A DNA stretch of 64,000 nt from Candidatus Hydrogenedentota bacterium (lineage in GTDB: Bacteria > Hydrogenedentota > Hydrogenedentia > Hydrogenedentales > SLHB01), in the NCBI GenBank assembly GCA_963668025.2, contig CAXXTH010000010.1, positions 64,001-128,000 of the forward strand, given 5' to 3'. A program made the translations under genes and the position numbers. Shown piece by piece: positions 46,859-57,595 of the stretch; position 1 is the stretch's first letter; each line of letters starts with the position of its first letter. The notes beneath the pieces are model-generated. The model was not told where the DNA came from. It saw only the letters and a program-made list of their open reading frames with translations, and searched no databases.

Positions 46859-49800
46859 ATGCGACAAATGCTCTTTCTTTTGAGTATTGCGCTGATTATC
46901 TTGACCGCTCCAATCGCCATGGCGGGTTCCGCATATGACGGCGCATCAGTTGATGACTCAGCGAATGCTGAGTATAGCGATGCTCTTCCAGATTATGCGC
47001 TCTCCTTAACACCCTTGGCCGCGCCTTCGGATTTGGTGGGCCAGGGCCAATGGCGGGTGAAGGATGTGGCGGCCAATTCCGCGTTCATCGCCGCGGACGC
47101 CAATGGCGATGTGCCTGGGCGAAACCTGCACTTTGATGCGAATGACACGGATGGCCCGCCGGTATGGAATTATGCTTGCACGGTCTCGGACACATCGAGC
47201 GCCAACCGCGCCGTCACGCTTGCGCTGATCATCCCATTCGATGCCAGCGGGTGGCGCTGGTGGGATGATGCCCAGCAAAGCCGGGTGATCTCTGGTTCGT
47301 CGGTCTATCGAAACATCACCGAAGATTACTACGGCACTTCTCTCATGGCCTCGCGCTATCCTATCGCCGTACTGGACAACGGTACGGAAGCCTTGTGCAT
47401 CGCCGTTCCCGTCGAGCCTGGACGCGCGGTGCGGTTCCAGTATGACGCTTTCCTCAAGCAATTGCGCGCGGAGTTCGATTTTGGACTCTCCACCATTCCT
47501 GAAAATTTCCCCTCGAACGCGGATGCCACGGTTATTGCGTACACGGTTCCCGCGAAATGGGCCTTCCGGCAAGCCCTTGCCCAATATTACGAGTTATACG
47601 ACAGCTCGATACAGCGCTGGGCCGGGGAGGGCGGCACGTTCTTGCGTGGTTCAGACTTGTCCATCATCGAAAAGCCGGAGGATTTTTCGTTTGCGTGGCA
47701 CGACTTCGCCGCCGAGTACGTCTCGACTCACGATTGGTCGCGCATCGACGAGAGCCATGGCGTGTCGAGTTTCTTGTACCGCGAACCACAAAGCCATTGG
47801 CGCGCGTTGCGGGGCCCACTTACCGGAACCACCCATACTGATTTTAATGATGGCACGCCAGGCAATTTGGCCGCGAGCGGGACGGTCACCTATAGCAATG
47901 GCGCGGCGCGCATCGCCCCTGGCGCGGCGCTGGCCATTCCCGGCATTCCCACTACAAACCAAGAAGACCTGGAAGCCGAGTTCACCGTGCAAAACCTTGC
48001 GGATATCTTGCCGCTGGGCGTTTACGATTTGGGGCTGCAAGGCCGGTTCTGGTGCGGCTTGCGGAAAACCGAAGCCACGGACTTCGTGGCGCGGGTAGGC
48101 GCATTCGATTTTTGGGCGCTGGGCTTTCAAAACGGCGAGACCCTTGAGGGCCAAGCGGCGGAGAAAGTCACCGTTAAAATGGTGGTGAACCGCGTCGAGA
48201 ATATCACCCGGGTATATGCGGCATTTGATGCGGATGCACGCCAGGGAACGACTCCGCCAAACCTACATCTTGTGGGCTATTTCCCCATGGGCAGTTGGAC
48301 GGCTTCCGATGGGTATCCGCTGTATGTTCGCAATTACGCTAATGTGCCCCTCGTGATCGACGATGTCATTGTCACGCGCTTTTCGGGTAACGACCCAGCG
48401 GCCACATATGCTACCTATTTCTCTCAGCTTGAAGAGGATGCGCAGCGGGGCGATGAATACGCCCAGGCCACCATGGTCAGTGGCGGATGGGACTCCACGG
48501 GCAAATACGATCTGTATCTGGGCAATATTGTATGGACCAAACAGGCCCCCTTCGGTGTAAACACTGCGCCTGGCGTTCCCAACGCCGGCTTTCCGGATTG
48601 GCTAGACAAATCGCAATATGAGATGAACGTTCTTACCCCCGTCCTGGGGTGGGATGATACGCCTTCCCTCATGGAGGGCATGTATTTCGACTCGATGCAG
48701 GGCTGGGGCAACATGCGCAACTACCGGCAGGAACATTGGCGCACCACCGAGTATCCCCTCACCTTCGACCGGAACAACAGCAACAAAGTGTGCCTGCTCA
48801 ACATTTGGGGCAATGTGGCCCATGCCCAGGCGTTGCGCCAGCGGCTGCATGAGAATGGCCAGTTGCTCATGGGCAACGATTCATATTACCAAGTCTGGTA
48901 CCACATGCCGAACATCGATATCCCCGGGCGCGAGATTAATAACTACTCGGGCGGCGTGTGGTCGCCGCCCAACGACACCACCTATCTCTACTTCCGCTCG
49001 ATAGCGGCCCGGCGGCCATTCTGGACGTTGATGAACGACAATTTTGATGACGGCAGCCACATGGAGGAATATTTCCAGCGCAGCTTGTTTTATGGCGTGT
49101 TTCCTAGCATGTACCAAGCCCATGATGGCGCGAGTGCGTGGTATTGGGCCACTCCTGATTATTACAACCGCGACCGCGCGCTCTTCCTAAAATATATTCC
49201 CATGATTAAGCGATTGGACAACGCCGGGTGGCAGCCGGTGCCGTATGCCACGGCGCAGCCCAGTACGGTGCGCCTCGAGCGCTTCGGCAATGGCGGTACG
49301 GGCGATTTGGCCTTCACGCTGCACAATACCGCCACAACCGCAACTACAGCCACGTTATCCATTGATTTGGCGGCGCTCGGGATCACCCAGGCTTTCGCCG
49401 CAACAGAATGGATTACGGATACGCCACTAACGGTCGTCTCGTCGAAAGGAACCACCGCAACCATCGAACTGCCCCTGGATGGGGATGGATTCGCCGTGGT
49501 GGGCATGCGCACGAGCTTGCCTGAAGCTTCGCTTGGTTCATCGGCCTATAGTGTCATCGAAAAGGACGGCGGCATTGAGATTACCGTAAATCTCGACGGC
49601 GCACCGCTTCAAGGCGCGGCTGCCCGCGTGGAGTACACGACTGCCGATGATTCCGCAATGGCCGGTGCGGATTATACGGCCACGAGTGGCGCGCTTACAT
49701 TTGAAGCGGGGGAAACCACGAAATCGTTCATCGTGCCGATTACCGATGATCAAACGCCCGAGACACTCAAGAGTTTTTCGGTTGCTTTAAGCAATCCCCT

Positions 49801-50050
49801 GAACTGTACACTCGCAGAGGGAGGCGCATCGGCAACGGTCTCTATTATTGATGATGATGCGGACAGCGACAACGATGGGCTGCCGGACGGGGTGGAAGAA
49901 GCGGTTTACCATACGGATCCGGACAATCCGGACACGGACGACGATGGCCTTAGTGACGGAATCGAGATCGTAATTGGATCCGATCCCTTGGATCCCGAGG
50001 ATGCGCCCACGCTGAAAAACCAGACAGTGCCCTTCTTTGTGGAGAAGTAG
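46859..50050 (+). CDS. Large secreted protein: putative glycan-active core plus Calx-beta and TSP3-like Ca-binding repeats
   Basis: Signal peptide; GMYFDS; ADYTATSGALTFEAGETTKSF (Calx-beta); DSDNDGLPD...DTDDDGLSDG. Confidence 0.65.
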   Translation: MRQMLFLLSIALIILTAPIAMAGSAYDGASVDDSANAEYSDALPDYALSLTPLAAPSDLVGQGQWRVKDVAANSAFIAADANGDVPGRNLHFDANDTDGPPVWNYACTVSDTSSANRAVTLALIIPFDASGWRWWDDAQQSRVISGSSVYRNITEDYYGTSLMASRYPIAVLDNGTEALCIAVPVEPGRAVRFQYDAFLKQLRAEFDFGLSTIPENFPSNADATVIAYTVPAKWAFRQALAQYYELYDSSIQRWAGEGGTFLRGSDLSIIEKPEDFSFAWHDFAAEYVSTHDWSRIDESHGVSSFLYREPQSHWRALRGPLTGTTHTDFNDGTPGNLAASGTVTYSNGAARIAPGAALAIPGIPTTNQEDLEAEFTVQNLADILPLGVYDLGLQGRFWCGLRKTEATDFVARVGAFDFWALGFQNGETLEGQAAEKVTVKMVVNRVENITRVYAAFDADARQGTTPPNLHLVGYFPMGSWTASDGYPLYVRNYANVPLVIDDVIVTRFSGNDPAATYATYFSQLEEDAQRGDEYAQATMVSGGWDSTGKYDLYLGNIVWTKQAPFGVNTAPGVPNAGFPDWLDKSQYEMNVLTPVLGWDDTPSLMEGMYFDSMQGWGNMRNYRQEHWRTTEYPLTFDRNNSNKVCLLNIWGNVAHAQALRQRLHENGQLLMGNDSYYQVWYHMPNIDIPGREINNYSGGVWSPPNDTTYLYFRSIAARRPFWTLMNDNFDDGSHMEEYFQRSLFYGVFPSMYQAHDGASAWYWATPDYYNRDRALFLKYIPMIKRLDNAGWQPVPYATAQPSTVRLERFGNGGTGDLAFTLHNTATTATTATLSIDLAALGITQAFAATEWITDTPLTVVSSKGTTATIELPLDGDGFAVVGMRTSLPEASLGSSAYSVIEKDGGIEITVNLDGAPLQGAAARVEYTTADDSAMAGADYTATSGALTFEAGETTKSFIVPITDDQTPETLKSFSVALSNPLNCTLAEGGASATVSIIDDDADSDNDGLPDGVEEAVYHTDPDNPDTDDDGLSDGIEIVIGSDPLDPEDAPTLKNQTVPFFVEK

Positions 50051-50135
50051 CTGGACGGGAACCGGCAGGCCAAAAGATTAAGTTGGGTGTAGTGTAACGA
50101 AGGTTTTGTATACACGATCGAGGAGTATTTTTGAT

Positions 50136-51950
50136 ATGCCTGATTATACCAGTCTTGAACTTGGCTCTCCCCTTGGCGCGGCAGTGGACGTACGTCCATT
50201 GAAGATGACCATCCAAACACCTGGGAAAGATGCAACAGCCATACAATTTCCTATCCGGCTCGAACCCGGAGCAATAGCATTTTTGGACTGGGGGCGTAAA
50301 CGGACCGGATGGCTGAGCCTCAGAGGACAAGGCCGTGTGTCGTATGCCATGGCGACGGATATGCGTATTTTCGATTTATTCGATTCGCCATTAGGCCAAA
50401 AAGAAGGTTTTCTGGGCGACCACTTTCCAAGCTTTGTGAAGGGCCATGCCCGAAGTGTGTTCGAGCTGCGGGCGGAAGGTGGAAAGCTGTTCGAGGCCAT
50501 GACGCCTATCCGTTTTATGAAGCTGGCCAATACGGGAGATGCGCCCATCGATGTTATGGATGTGGCGTTGAAACCGAGTGAGTTTCCCGCACTTCCCGTA
50601 GGCTCTTTTAGCTGTTCCGATCCACTGGTGACGGAAGGCTGGCGCATGGGCATCGACACCATGCATCTGTGCACCCAGCCGAGCATGGAAAGCCAGATCC
50701 CCATATACGTGCCGTTTGGCAACGGGTATGTGCAATGGGACGGCTGCCGGCGGGATCGCGAGGTGTGGAGCGGCGACCTGCGGACATCCGCCCTTGCCTG
50801 GTATTATACGTTCGAAGATGCGTCACCCATTACCAACAGTCTCTACGCCCTTCTCAGCGCCCAGCATATCGCCTGTAGCGAGCACGGTTTATTTCCAGGA
50901 AGCGCTTCATCCCACCAAATCTACTACGACGGCGCGATGTCGGCAGTCGTTGCCCTGTGGGAGTATTACCTACATACCGGCGACACGCGACTCCTCGATT
51001 ACGCCGTCAAAACGCCTGTATTGACGTTCTTTCTCGAGTGGTGCGAACGGAAGCTCGATGAACGCGGCGACGGCTGGCTCCATGTGAACAACTCCTGGAT
51101 GTATACGTTACCCGTCCACGATGAAGCGTTGCCTTCCCTCCAGATTACCACCGCTTTCGCCATGGACAACATGGCCCGGCTATTCCGGACCGCCGGAATG
51201 GAGGCTGAAGCGCTACGGGCATTGGCCATCCGGGAGAAAATCGCTTCGCGGTTGCGCGCGGCTTTCTGGGATGAGGGCCTTCAATCATTCCGGTTTGTTG
51301 CGCATCGAGAGGGCATCGAGGCCCGTTCCGACCTCTGCGCCAACGCATGGGCGGTATTGGGCGGATTGGTGGACAAAAAGACGCAGGACGCCATCTTTGC
51401 CACGCTCAAGCGCTTGCATTGGCGCGAACCTGGCTCGCTCAATGTCGCACCTCCCTATGAATTTGAGGCGCCTCATAACAACACCATTTGGATATATGGA
51501 AACGCTCATGAAGTGGCGGCCCGTTTATATGCCGGTGATACGGACAATGCCCTGGAACTGTTCCGGCGGTATACCCGGGCCACGCGCGCCATGGATCATC
51601 GCACGTATCTCGAGATGTTCCATCTGGATGGCGGCCTGCCTATTAAGAAAGATGGCACGGGCGAAACGTTAAGTTTTTGCCATGCCTGGGCTGCATTGGG
51701 CAGTTGGGCGCTCCAGCGTTATCTTCTCGGCCTCCACCCGCAAGAGCCGGGCTGGAAAACCGTGGCGCTCGAACCGGTTCCATCCGGTTTGGAATGGCTT
51801 GAAAGCGCTATTCACACGCCTTATGGCCTGATCGAGGCGAAACTCGAAACGAAACAAGGCCGCCTGCACGGCGTTGTCACCTTGCCTCATGGCGCAACTC
51901 TCGGACAACGCTCCCCAGCAGCAGCTCAGATTGAAGTGGTGCGAAAGTAA
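50136..51950 (+). CDS. Alpha-L-rhamnosidase-like (GH78) six-hairpin glycosidase
   Basis: DGCRRDREVWSGD, SFCHAWA, LLGLHPQEPGW and TPYG motifs. Confidence 0.75.
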   Translation: MPDYTSLELGSPLGAAVDVRPLKMTIQTPGKDATAIQFPIRLEPGAIAFLDWGRKRTGWLSLRGQGRVSYAMATDMRIFDLFDSPLGQKEGFLGDHFPSFVKGHARSVFELRAEGGKLFEAMTPIRFMKLANTGDAPIDVMDVALKPSEFPALPVGSFSCSDPLVTEGWRMGIDTMHLCTQPSMESQIPIYVPFGNGYVQWDGCRRDREVWSGDLRTSALAWYYTFEDASPITNSLYALLSAQHIACSEHGLFPGSASSHQIYYDGAMSAVVALWEYYLHTGDTRLLDYAVKTPVLTFFLEWCERKLDERGDGWLHVNNSWMYTLPVHDEALPSLQITTAFAMDNMARLFRTAGMEAEALRALAIREKIASRLRAAFWDEGLQSFRFVAHREGIEARSDLCANAWAVLGGLVDKKTQDAIFATLKRLHWREPGSLNVAPPYEFEAPHNNTIWIYGNAHEVAARLYAGDTDNALELFRRYTRATRAMDHRTYLEMFHLDGGLPIKKDGTGETLSFCHAWAALGSWALQRYLLGLHPQEPGWKTVALEPVPSGLEWLESAIHTPYGLIEAKLETKQGRLHGVVTLPHGATLGQRSPAAAQIEVVRK

Positions 51951-52010
51951 GTAACCATTTAGCCAAGTGGTGAAGATAGACTGAAGAATGACCGGCGAGG
52001 GCGCCGGTCC
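51951..52010 (+). mobile_element. Truncated copy of the IS66-ended MITE
   Basis: GTAACCATTTAGCCAAGTGGTGAAGA...GACCGGCGAGGGCGCCGGTCC matches 59896-59944. Confidence 0.65.
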
Positions 52011-52853
52011 CTGGAGTTTCTCCATTATCAAGCAGCCGCGGCGCTTGCCATTGTTGCTCTGGAGGTTTCTATGCCGAGTGGACGGAGCAAATGGGGCTGT
52101 TCGTCCATCTCTTTTCTCAATAGAGTGATGAGAGCGAGGCACGATGGGCGTGTGGCGTGTTTTCGCCACCGTGGCAGCGGGGCGTATGCACTATTTCGTT
52201 CGGGGCCAAAGGTTTTTATGGCGGCCAGTAGCAATGCGCTGTAGGCGGCGATGGCAAGCGGGGGCTGCTTGGGTACGGCATTGGGGTTCCAGAGCTGAGC
52301 TTGTCCGACGCCCAAGGTGTCCTTTTCCTCGCGATGGTTGACTTCAATCTGCCAGCGGTCGAAGTAGATCTGGAGCAGCCTCTGTGCGGCGTGAACCCTG
52401 TCGGTACAAAGAAGGTAGGCTGGTTGCCGGTAATAAAGCTTACTGCTTTTCCGCTTGCGGTAGGGGGTGGGAGCGATAGCGAAAAGGCGGAGGGGAAGAC
52501 GGCGCGCGCCGCCTTGCCAGTAGAGGGTCTTGATTTCCTTGTAGCGGACCTTGCGGCGTTTGCCGCCGTAGAATAGCTTCGTAGTCTTCCAGGGGATGCT
52601 ATCGTCCTGGCGTACTTGCTCGGGGGTGAATTTTTCTTGGGCATAGAAACGCCGCGAACCCTCTGGAGCGCCAAAGCATAGGACTGCGTCCTTGCGGGCA
52701 CGGGCGATGAGGTGGGTGCGGTCGCGTTCAGCGCCGAAGACGGTCTGGTTGCAAAAGCTGCCGTCGAGGGCCATGACCAAGGTTTTCTCCCTGGCGCCGA
52801 CGGCGTCGAGGGATGCGCGCAAGGAGTCCATCATCGCCACGCAATGGGTTGAA
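52011..52853 (-). pseudogene. IS701-like element copy 2, 5'-truncated by IS1380
   Basis: Near-identical to the 3' part of 28644-30040, from STHCVAMM to the CTCCAG end. Confidence 0.9.
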
Positions 52854-54544
52854 CCTAAAAAAGGCAGTAGGAACTTGCTTTGGGATTTTTCCAGCCCAAT
52901 TTTGTAAAGAAATAACTGTCCTGGCCCGCTCTTTACGTTGGCGCCGGCAGCAGGTTGGGGGTGGCCAGCGGCCTTCCCTCGAGTATTTTGGCGAAGATCC
53001 GGCTGAGGATCGTCCGCCATCGTTCGTTCCAGTTCAACTGCCGCGCAGTTGCTTTCATCTCCAATAAAAAGGCGTTTACGGATTTCAGAACTTGTTCCAT
53101 AGCATGTCCTTGCGCATGCACGGGGGTGATGGTGAGCGTGGTTTGGCCTCCGTGGCGGGTCTGCTGTCCCACGCCGTAGAGCAGCAGAGGGCGGCTTGTG
53201 ATCGCTTCGGCGTGGCGCTCCGGAATCGCCAAGCGCACGTACAAAGACCACCAATTGTAAATCAGGGCTATGATTCGCGCCATGATTTGGCAGCGCTTCA
53301 TATCGTGGGTGGTATACCCGCCCCACCCCCACTGGTTTTTCTGTTCATCGTAGATGTTTTCCGCATCGCCCCGGTCGCGATAATGCTGGGCCAAGGCCGA
53401 TAGGGGGTCTGTCAGCGAAGTGGCCAGCAGCGCGTATTCATACTGCTGCACGGCTCCCGCTTGGATCTCGATGAGCTGTAGTTGGGGGGAGGGGTCAGGC
53501 AATAGCGGCTCCGTTTCCAGAACGATACTCCCTTTGAGCTTGCGCCGCAGAACGATTACCCGGCGTTTGCTCGTCCATCCCATAAGCTCCAGACGGTCTT
53601 CCAAACCTTCCCAGCCTTGGCCTGCTGGCGTCCAGTCCTTAGAACAAAAGGCCTGCTGGATAAGCCGTTTCACGTTGCTGGTCTGCCGCAATTTGAACAG
53701 ATAGGGCACTCCGCGCGCTTCGGCTTCGCTCATGTCGCGTTCGTTGCCGAAGGCGCAGTCGCCGCGAATCATGCCCGGCCAGGCCGCGCGCGGCAAGCCA
53801 TCGAGAAAATGCCACAATCCAGGCATGGTGTATTTCGCCGCCGTCTCGTTGCCCGGCCGGACTTCCACGTCCAGCACCAAGCGCGTGTTCGCCATAAAAT
53901 AGGTATGCAGCACATGAGAAGGACGGCCCTGTTTCGCCGGATTGTAGCCCAGCACGGCCCCTTCTTGATGGCCGAACAGGGGCTTCACGCTTGTATCCAC
54001 GTCCAAAATCCAAGGCTCATAAAGCAACGGCTCATAACAGCGGCGCAGGTGCTTCTGTAGCCAGCCCGCGCAGGCTTCCCCGTCCGCCAGTATAAATGCC
54101 CGCCGCGCCGAGGAGGCGCTCATGATCTTGCTCATACCCAGCAAGCCCGGGTTCACCGCGTCGTAACGGACCGCGTCAATGTGCGCATAGCGGGTGTGGC
54201 CCGCCAGCACTGATAAAAATAGCGTGCCCAGCACATCCCTCTTGCGCGGCGCATTATTGCTGGCGTACGCCAGCGGACAGTCCTCCACCCACGCTTCAAA
54301 AAGCTCCGCCGTCTTGAGGAAATCGATAAAGAACGCCAACTGGCCAAACGGCGTCGTTGCCGCCTCCCGGTCCCATTCCACATGCACCCGGCCCCCGTAG
54401 CTATCTACGAAAATCGGCACCTCCAAAGACAACCATTCCTCCTCTCCCAATGGGGGAGCATCTTGCTGTTGCGATTCTGTTTCCATGTTCTTTATCTTGA
54501 ACTACTTCCTGCTCGACACTCAAGATTCAACTGGCGTTTTTAGG
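52854..54544 (-). mobile_element. IS1380-family insertion sequence
   Basis: Imperfect TIRs CCTAAAAAAGGCAGTAGGAACTTG and CCTAAAAACGCCAGTTGAATCTTG; flanks TTGAA/TTCAA are not a direct repeat. Confidence 0.8.
52933..54486 (-). CDS. IS1380-family DDE transposase
   Basis: ILDVDTS...GHQEGA..GYNP, RGDCAF and YRDRGDAENIYDEQK motifs. Confidence 0.85.
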   Translation of the reverse strand: METESQQQDAPPLGEEEWLSLEVPIFVDSYGGRVHVEWDREAATTPFGQLAFFIDFLKTAELFEAWVEDCPLAYASNNAPRKRDVLGTLFLSVLAGHTRYAHIDAVRYDAVNPGLLGMSKIMSASSARRAFILADGEACAGWLQKHLRRCYEPLLYEPWILDVDTSVKPLFGHQEGAVLGYNPAKQGRPSHVLHTYFMANTRLVLDVEVRPGNETAAKYTMPGLWHFLDGLPRAAWPGMIRGDCAFGNERDMSEAEARGVPYLFKLRQTSNVKRLIQQAFCSKDWTPAGQGWEGLEDRLELMGWTSKRRVIVLRRKLKGSIVLETEPLLPDPSPQLQLIEIQAGAVQQYEYALLATSLTDPLSALAQHYRDRGDAENIYDEQKNQWGWGGYTTHDMKRCQIMARIIALIYNWWSLYVRLAIPERHAEAITSRPLLLYGVGQQTRHGGQTTLTITPVHAQGHAMEQVLKSVNAFLLEMKATARQLNWNERWRTILSRIFAKILEGRPLATPNLLPAPT

Positions 54545-56881
54545 TTCAATAATCACAGGGGTCATGCTCTGCGATTTGACGGCCTCTGCCAGACTATTGT
54601 AGCGCTCGATTCCTTCCTTCAGCCGGTAGATCATGCTTGGGCCCGGAATGCCTGGTGGAACATTTAGGTCTCCGTCCAACGGTATGCCTTGCTTCACGGC
54701 TTCCCTATACGCCGCGATGAACGCCATGCCCTCCTCCTCATTCGTAGTCACGAATCCCAGGTAGAAATAACTCTCATCATCGATGAGGACTTTCGGGTCG
54801 GTGCTGGTTATTTGGCCGGATACGGGACAGTGTAGGATGTTCGGATCGGAAAGGTATTTGGGATAAACCTCATCGGGCTTGAACATCAACCGACCGAGCT
54901 GAGGATCCAGGGCAGGCAACCAGTCCCTATGGTCCCCGTCGTACTTTTTGCACATAACACCCAATTGTTTTAGATTCGTCGCACATTGCTGGCGTAAACG
55001 AGCATTTTCGCTTTCGGCGTTGGAGAGCATTCCGCCCATCGCAGCCCGGCTATGGCCGCCCGCTTTGCGTAGGACGATTTCGCAGTTCGTGTGTTGCCCA
55101 GGCACGAGGGACACATTGTGAAATTCGACAGTATCCCAATCACAGGCTTGAAGTTGGAACAATTTCACATCATCCAGCTTCAAATCAGTGAACTCGTAAG
55201 TATTTTGGTAGACGTTAAGTCCGGGGCTGTTGGTTCCGTCGCAGTTGGGTGCTACTACGAGATCGCCGGAAGACATTAGTGCGATAAGGCGCAATGCCTT
55301 CTGGTTAAGATCTCCGGCGATGGTAACAGTCCTCACATAACAACCGTCATTTTGGTGGATAGCTGAGAACGCGACAAACCCTTCCTTGGCTTCCGTGCCG
55401 CACAAGTCTCTGCCTGCTCCAGCCACTGTGGTCCACTTTTCTGAAGGGACCTTTATAAGGATATTCTGCGTTTCGGCCTTTTCCGTAAATCCTACTGTCG
55501 CAACAGTGAAACCACTATGAGAACCTGCGCCAAACACATTTGACCCTTCAAAGGTGAAGTCCAAACCAAAGCCTTTTGGCAGTCCCGATGCCTTAAAGAC
55601 AAAATCGTACACAAAGTTGCTTGATACAGATGACCTGGCTTGGCCCTCGAACGGAGCCTCAGCCAGGGGAGCCCCATCAGGGCGCCAGAAAGCTTTGTCT
55701 TCGGAGTTGTTCGTGCGGACTGCGACGAGCTCGACTACCGCGTCGCTCGGCATGACGGCAGTCCACTTGGTGTTCTCTGACGATGGCGCCTCCGCGCGTG
55801 CGACGGGACGTATTACGGCAAGCATCGAGACGGTGAACAGGGTGCATAGGACGCAGAACACCAATATATGCCGGCTGAGGGGACCTCGGCTGCATCCTTT
55901 AGCCAACATGGCGCGCACCCGCGTTTCGAGCCGAGTGGGACGGCCCATCGCGATGGCCGCGCCCGCAACTCGCGCGGAATGCAACGAATGCACGATGTCA
56001 AGGAGATGCGCGGCATAGTCGCAGGCGGCAATTCCACCGGCCACGACAGCATCATCACAGGCGTGTTCGCTTTCGCCGCGCAGCGCCCGCGCCACAATCC
56101 AGGCGAGCGGATTGAACCAATGGAACGCACAGGCCAACCGGGCAAGTAACTGAGTGAGATAATCCCAGCGCCGGATATGGGACAGTTCGTGGCGCAGCAC
56201 GACGCTTTTGCGTTCGGAAGTCCACGTATCGGCGCTCCGTGGTACGAGAATAACGGGCTGAATCGCGCCCCACGTCACGGGCAGGTCGTCGGTCTCCGTT
56301 TGGCGCAGACGGACCGCACGGCGAATGCCCAATTCACGCCGCGCATCCTCCAAGAGCCGAGCCCATTCCTCGCTGTGGACCAGGTGGGCCGAGGCCGTTC
56401 TACGCTGTATTACGAACAGTCCCCACGCCGTTTGCAGCAGGAGGACGCTCGCTACCGCTCCCCAAGGAATCAACACGATGGCGGCGCTGGGCAAGCGCCA
56501 GGCTGTCACAGGCAGCGCAACCGCGCGCGTAGTTTCCGGCAGCAGTGGTGCGTTACGATTCACTACATTGGAGGTTATTTCCGGTTCCGGTGGTGTTGGC
56601 GGCGCTTGCCGCTCCACTTCTGTCAGCTCCGGTTGAGCAACGGATGGCGCGTAAAACATAGGGACGGCCAACCGGGGGATTTCCAACGCCAGAACTGGTA
56701 GCGCCAGCACGCCGCCGATGGCGCACGCGAGGATGAAGTGGCGCGACGCGGGCGTCCCCCGGCGCAAGCACTGGCGGGCGGCCATGGCCAGCACCAATAG
56801 GACGGAGCATTTCAGCGTGCAGGCGGCGAAGAACTCCACTGCACCGTCTGGAACGCCGAGACTTGAAAACAGTGTATCCAT
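54545..56881 (-). CDS. BlaR1-like M56 peptidase sensor with a C-terminal DUF1559-like domain, truncated by IS1380
   Basis: LRHELSHIRRWD, HWFNPLAW and EHACD; later CATNLKQLG...YRLKEGIER; the last codons come from the IS end. Confidence 0.8.
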
Positions 56882-56882
56882 G

Positions 56883-57266
56883 TCACTTCTCCTCTTGTTT
56901 GGCCTGCTCAACCAGTTTGGCCAGCCGTTCCAATTCCTCGGGAGTTATGTCTTCACTTGACAAATCGAGCAGTGTTGCGACGACCTTCTCCGGCGAGCCG
57001 TCGAAGAACGTGTGCAATAGCTGCCGCAACGCGTCGCGCGCCGCTTTGGCGCGGGCTTTCTTCGGGGAATAGACATAGCGCGGCCCGTCCTTCGTGTAGC
57101 GCAGATACCCCTTTTGAACCAGAATGGTCAGCAGCGCCCGGACGGACGAGTAACTTGGAGCGTCCTCCATCGCCTCGCGCACCTCCGCGGCGGTCGCCCG
57201 GCCGTGCCGATAGATGATATCCATTATCTGGCGTTCCCGCTTGCTCAATGATTGGGAGATCTTCAT
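56883..57266 (-). CDS. BlaI/MecI/CopY family repressor
   Basis: LSKRERQIMDIIY...YSSVRALL..L..KG...FFDGS. Confidence 0.9.
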   Translation of the reverse strand: MKISQSLSKRERQIMDIIYRHGRATAAEVREAMEDAPSYSSVRALLTILVQKGYLRYTKDGPRYVYSPKKARAKAARDALRQLLHTFFDGSPEKVVATLLDLSSEDITPEELERLAKLVEQAKQEEK

Positions 57267-57292
57267 GGCCCGCCTCCGTTCTTGGCTCGTCT

Positions 57293-57329
57293 ATGCTAAA
57301 ATATTAGCATGATGATCCGGCGGTGTCAA
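57293..57329 (-). promoter_or_regulatory. Promoter of the blaI-like gene with an overlapping palindromic operator
   Basis: TTGACA (57329-57324), 17 bp, TAATAT; operator ATGCTAA-N4-TTAGCAT at 57293-57310. Confidence 0.65.
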
Positions 57330-57595
57330 GAGGAAATGCGAATTTTTTAGCATAACGTCGATGATCAGTTGCGCCATGGCTTGCGTGCTGGCGATACCCA
57401 GAATAATCCCCATGAACATGCGAATAGTGTGCATTCCGCACCTCCAGAGCGTATTGCTCCTCTGCCCCATTCCCAATAAAGGCCGCAAGCAATGCCGGCC
57501 CCATCCTTATTAGTGTACCATCAAATCTCCGGCAAGGGGGGAATATGCCGCCGGCAAGCCTTTATATCGTTATGCCATGAATTACCGTGTTCTCT

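Noticed and set aside
52028-53332. 434-aa ORF as a real gene
   Set aside because: It is a chimera of an alternate IS1380 frame reading through the IS end into the truncated transposase.
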